Source of the DNA: Methylobacillus sp.
Lineage (GTDB): Bacteria; Pseudomonadota; Gammaproteobacteria; Burkholderiales; Methylophilaceae
Length of the DNA: 52,468 nt
NCBI GenBank assembly: GCA_037445085.1
Contig: JBBILG010000002.1
Span: forward strand, 1 to 52,468
Reading direction: 5' to 3'
Shown: positions 50,320 through 52,468 of the stretch, one piece after another
Numbering within the stretch: the stretch's first letter is position 1
Layout of the letters: every line of letters starts with the position of its first letter
The notes under the pieces: model-generated
Databases searched by the model: none
What the model was told of the DNA's origin: nothing
Seen by the model: the letters and a program-made list of their open reading frames with translations, nothing else
Position numbers and translations under genes: made by a program

Positions 50320-51668
50320 GCCGAGGCGGCTTCGGCGGCCGGCTTGCTGCGGCTGCGGCGCCGGCGGCGCTTTTTCGGGGCGGTGTCGGGCAGCAGCATG
50401 GCGGCGCGCTGCTCGGCGTCCGCTTGGGCGAAGCGATCCCACCAGTCCGCCAGTTCCATGGGTGCCTCACCGCTCTGGCAGCGCAGCAGCAGAAAATCGT
50501 AGCCGGCGCGGAAGCGCGGATTTTCCAGCAACCGGTAGGGGCGCTGCCCGGCGCGCTGCTCGAAGCGCGGCTGCAGGGCCCAGATCTCCATCATGCCGAC
50601 GCTGTAGCGCCGGGTGATGGCAAGCTTTTCCGCCTGGATGTCGGCCACTTCGTGCATGGCCTGCACCAGCGCGGGGATCGGTTTCCCCCCCGCCTCCTGA
50701 TGGCGCTGCCAGGCCGCCAACACCTCGTGCCAGAGCAGGCAGGCGAACAGGAAGGAAGGCGAGACCGGCTTGTCGGCCTGCACGCGTTCATCGGTATTCT
50801 TGAGGGCGAGCGTGATGAAGCGTTGCCCCAGCGGCTGCTCCAGCGCCACGTCCAGCAAGGGCAGCAGACCGTGGTGCAGGCCGTGCGCGCGCAGCGCGTC
50901 GGCGCTTTCCATGGCATGGCCGGAGAGGAACAGCTTGAGCATTTCGTCGAACAGGCGCGCGGCGGGCACGTCGTGCAGAAGGTCGGCGAGGCGCGGGATG
51001 GGCTTCTCGGTGGGCGGGTGCAGTTTGAGCCCCAGCTTGGCGGACAGGCGCACGGCGCGCAGCATGCGCACCGGGTCTTCGCGGTAGCGGGTTTCCGGGT
51101 CGCCGATGATGCGCAGCACGCCGGCCTGGGTATCGGGCAGACCGTGCACGAAATCCCACACCTCCTCGCTTTCCGGGTCATAGTAGAGTGCATTGGCGGT
51201 GAAGTCGCGGCGCCAGGCGTCCTCGGCATGGGTTCCATACACGTTGTCGCGCAGGATGCGCCCGCTTTCTGCCACTTGGGATTCACCGTTGTCGGCAAGA
51301 TGGCTGCCGCGGAAAGTGGAGACCTCGACAGTCTCGTTTCCGAACATCACGTGCACCAGGCGGAAGCGGCGCCCGATGATGCGGGAACGGCGGAAGACGC
51401 GGTGCACCTGTTCCGGCGTGGCGTCGGTGGCGACGTCGAAATCCTTGGGCGGGTGCTGCAGGATGAGATCGCGCACCGCACCGCCGACGATGAAGGCGGC
51501 AAAGCCGGCCTCGTGCAGGGCGTGCACCGTTTTCAGTGCGGCGTTGCTGATGTGCTTGCGATTGATGCCGTGCTGTTCGCGGGGATAGCGTTTGGCCACG
51601 GCGTGCGGAATCTCGGCGGGGTGCTGGTTCTTGCCTTTGAAGACGCGTTGCAGCAGTTTCTTGATCAT
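50316..51668 (-). CDS. pcnB: Poly(A) polymerase I
   Basis: Nucleotidyltransferase motif VGGAVRD...KDFDVAT and an Arg-rich C-terminus. First ATG at 51668; the upstream TTG at 51704 is less likely. Confidence 0.88.
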   Translation of the reverse strand: MIKKLLQRVFKGKNQHPAEIPHAVAKRYPREQHGINRKHISNAALKTVHALHEAGFAAFIVGGAVRDLILQHPPKDFDVATDATPEQVHRVFRRSRIIGRRFRLVHVMFGNETVEVSTFRGSHLADNGESQVAESGRILRDNVYGTHAEDAWRRDFTANALYYDPESEEVWDFVHGLPDTQAGVLRIIGDPETRYREDPVRMLRAVRLSAKLGLKLHPPTEKPIPRLADLLHDVPAARLFDEMLKLFLSGHAMESADALRAHGLHHGLLPLLDVALEQPLGQRFITLALKNTDERVQADKPVSPSFLFACLLWHEVLAAWQRHQEAGGKPIPALVQAMHEVADIQAEKLAITRRYSVGMMEIWALQPRFEQRAGQRPYRLLENPRFRAGYDFLLLRCQSGEAPMELADWWDRFAQADAEQRAAMLLPDTAPKKRRRRRSRSKPAAEAASA

Positions 51669-51766
51669 TGAGCCTGTGAGGTATGAGGAGTGGGCAATCG
51701 CCAACCTGGAGAATTATAACGCAAAGCCCGTGCTTGCAGTTTCCGGCCGGCAGCGGGCCCGCGCCG

Positions 51767-52468
51767 TCATGCGGGCCGGCCGGCGACGGCGAGCTGGTGC
51801 GCCAGCCAGTCGGCCGCCTGCTCCGCGCCGTCCGGCGTGGGGCGGGGCGGGCGTTCGGCCTGCCAGAGCGCCTGCAGCGGGGCGGCGAGGTCGCCGGCTT
51901 CCAGCCGGTTGTGGGGAATTTCCGCGGCGACGGCGTGGGCGTGCAGCCAGGCGGTGAGGTAAGGGGTTTCCGGCCAGTCCGGGCGGCTGGCGTAGAGTAC
52001 CGGCACGCCGCAGCAGGCGGCCTCGACGAAGCTGCCGTAGCCCGGCTTGCAGAGGAAGGCATCGCAACTGGCGAGAATGTCGCTGAAATCCATGTCCAGC
52101 GCCTCCAGGTTGCAGGCGTCCGGGTGGCTGACGCGCCAACCGGCCTGCACCAGCCAGCGCACGCCGGGGATGCGCGGCCAGCGTTCCACCGGCAGACGCC
52201 CTTCGACGCCGCCCAGGCTGATCAGCACCAGCCGGGTGCCCGGCTCCAGCGCCAGCTCGCGGTTGATGTGCTCGCGCCGTTGGCAGCCGATGCGGGCCAC
52301 CGGGCCGATGGCGATGCGGTTGGCGAGATCGGGCATGGACATGCCGGGCGTGAGCTGCAGAAAGGCCAGGGCGTTGGCGTAGGCGTGCCGCATCTGTTCG
52401 CCCACATGCACGGCACCGGAAAACGCGGCGCAATAGTGGGTGTAGATATCGGCCCAGTTGAGCGCGCT
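51767..52468 (-). CDS. Glycosyltransferase-like protein (GT-B C-terminal half), 5' end outside the window
   Basis: The frame is open to the window edge. LISLGG...DAFLCKPGYGSFVEAACCGVPVLY resembles the nucleotide-sugar-binding half of GT1/GT28-type enzymes. Confidence 0.5.
   Translation of the reverse strand, partial: SALNWADIYTHYCAAFSGAVHVGEQMRHAYANALAFLQLTPGMSMPDLANRIAIGPVARIGCQRREHINRELALEPGTRLVLISLGGVEGRLPVERWPRIPGVRWLVQAGWRVSHPDACNLEALDMDFSDILASCDAFLCKPGYGSFVEAACCGVPVLYASRPDWPETPYLTAWLHAHAVAAEIPHNRLEAGDLAAPLQALWQAERPPRPTPDGAEQAADWLAHQLAVAGRPA

Overview
This is a high-GC (roughly two-thirds G+C by eye) chromosomal segment. Gene content and order look like a betaproteobacterial core genome, possibly Rhodocyclales- or Nitrosomonadales-like; the taxon is inference. 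The conserved blocks are ispB | rplU-rpmA-obg-proB, purEK, rpsT | murJ-ribF-ileS-lspA, clpB, envC-gpmI | rhodanese-grxC-secB-gpsA, comF | bioBFHCD, and pcnB-folK-panBCD. I count about 55 protein genes and one tRNA-Pro(CGG). I saw no rRNA, no CRISPR array, and no recognisable phage, defence or toxin-antitoxin genes.

Five accessory modules sit inside the core:
(i) regB-regA, a DUF3365 c-type haem protein and msrB, with a RegR/PrrA-type box upstream.
(ii) A copper-type (OprC-like) TonB-dependent receptor convergent with a decayed TonB receptor, a BNR propeller and a thioredoxin-like protein.
(iii) A PAS/EAL fossil translationally coupled to an HD-GYP gene.
(iv) A YgaV/BigR-like two-Cys ArsR regulator (frameshifted), a palindromic operator, an MFP-RND pump and a DUF2892 protein, inserted into the conserved gpmI / rhodanese-grxC-secB-gpsA locus. 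This is my best candidate for an undescribed system.
(v) An unknown small membrane protein that is the BirA-controlled first gene of the bio operon.

Sequence-level oddities:
- panD has no stop codon at the normal position and reads through a perfect 54-bp palindromic terminator into the convergent MCP gene.
- A 143-bp spacer bounded by inverted repeats lies between ileS and lspA.
- A repeat-bearing flank sits next to tRNA-Pro at the window edge.

Most long antisense ORFs in the track are GC artefacts. All family assignments come from reading the translations and motifs; no database search was possible.
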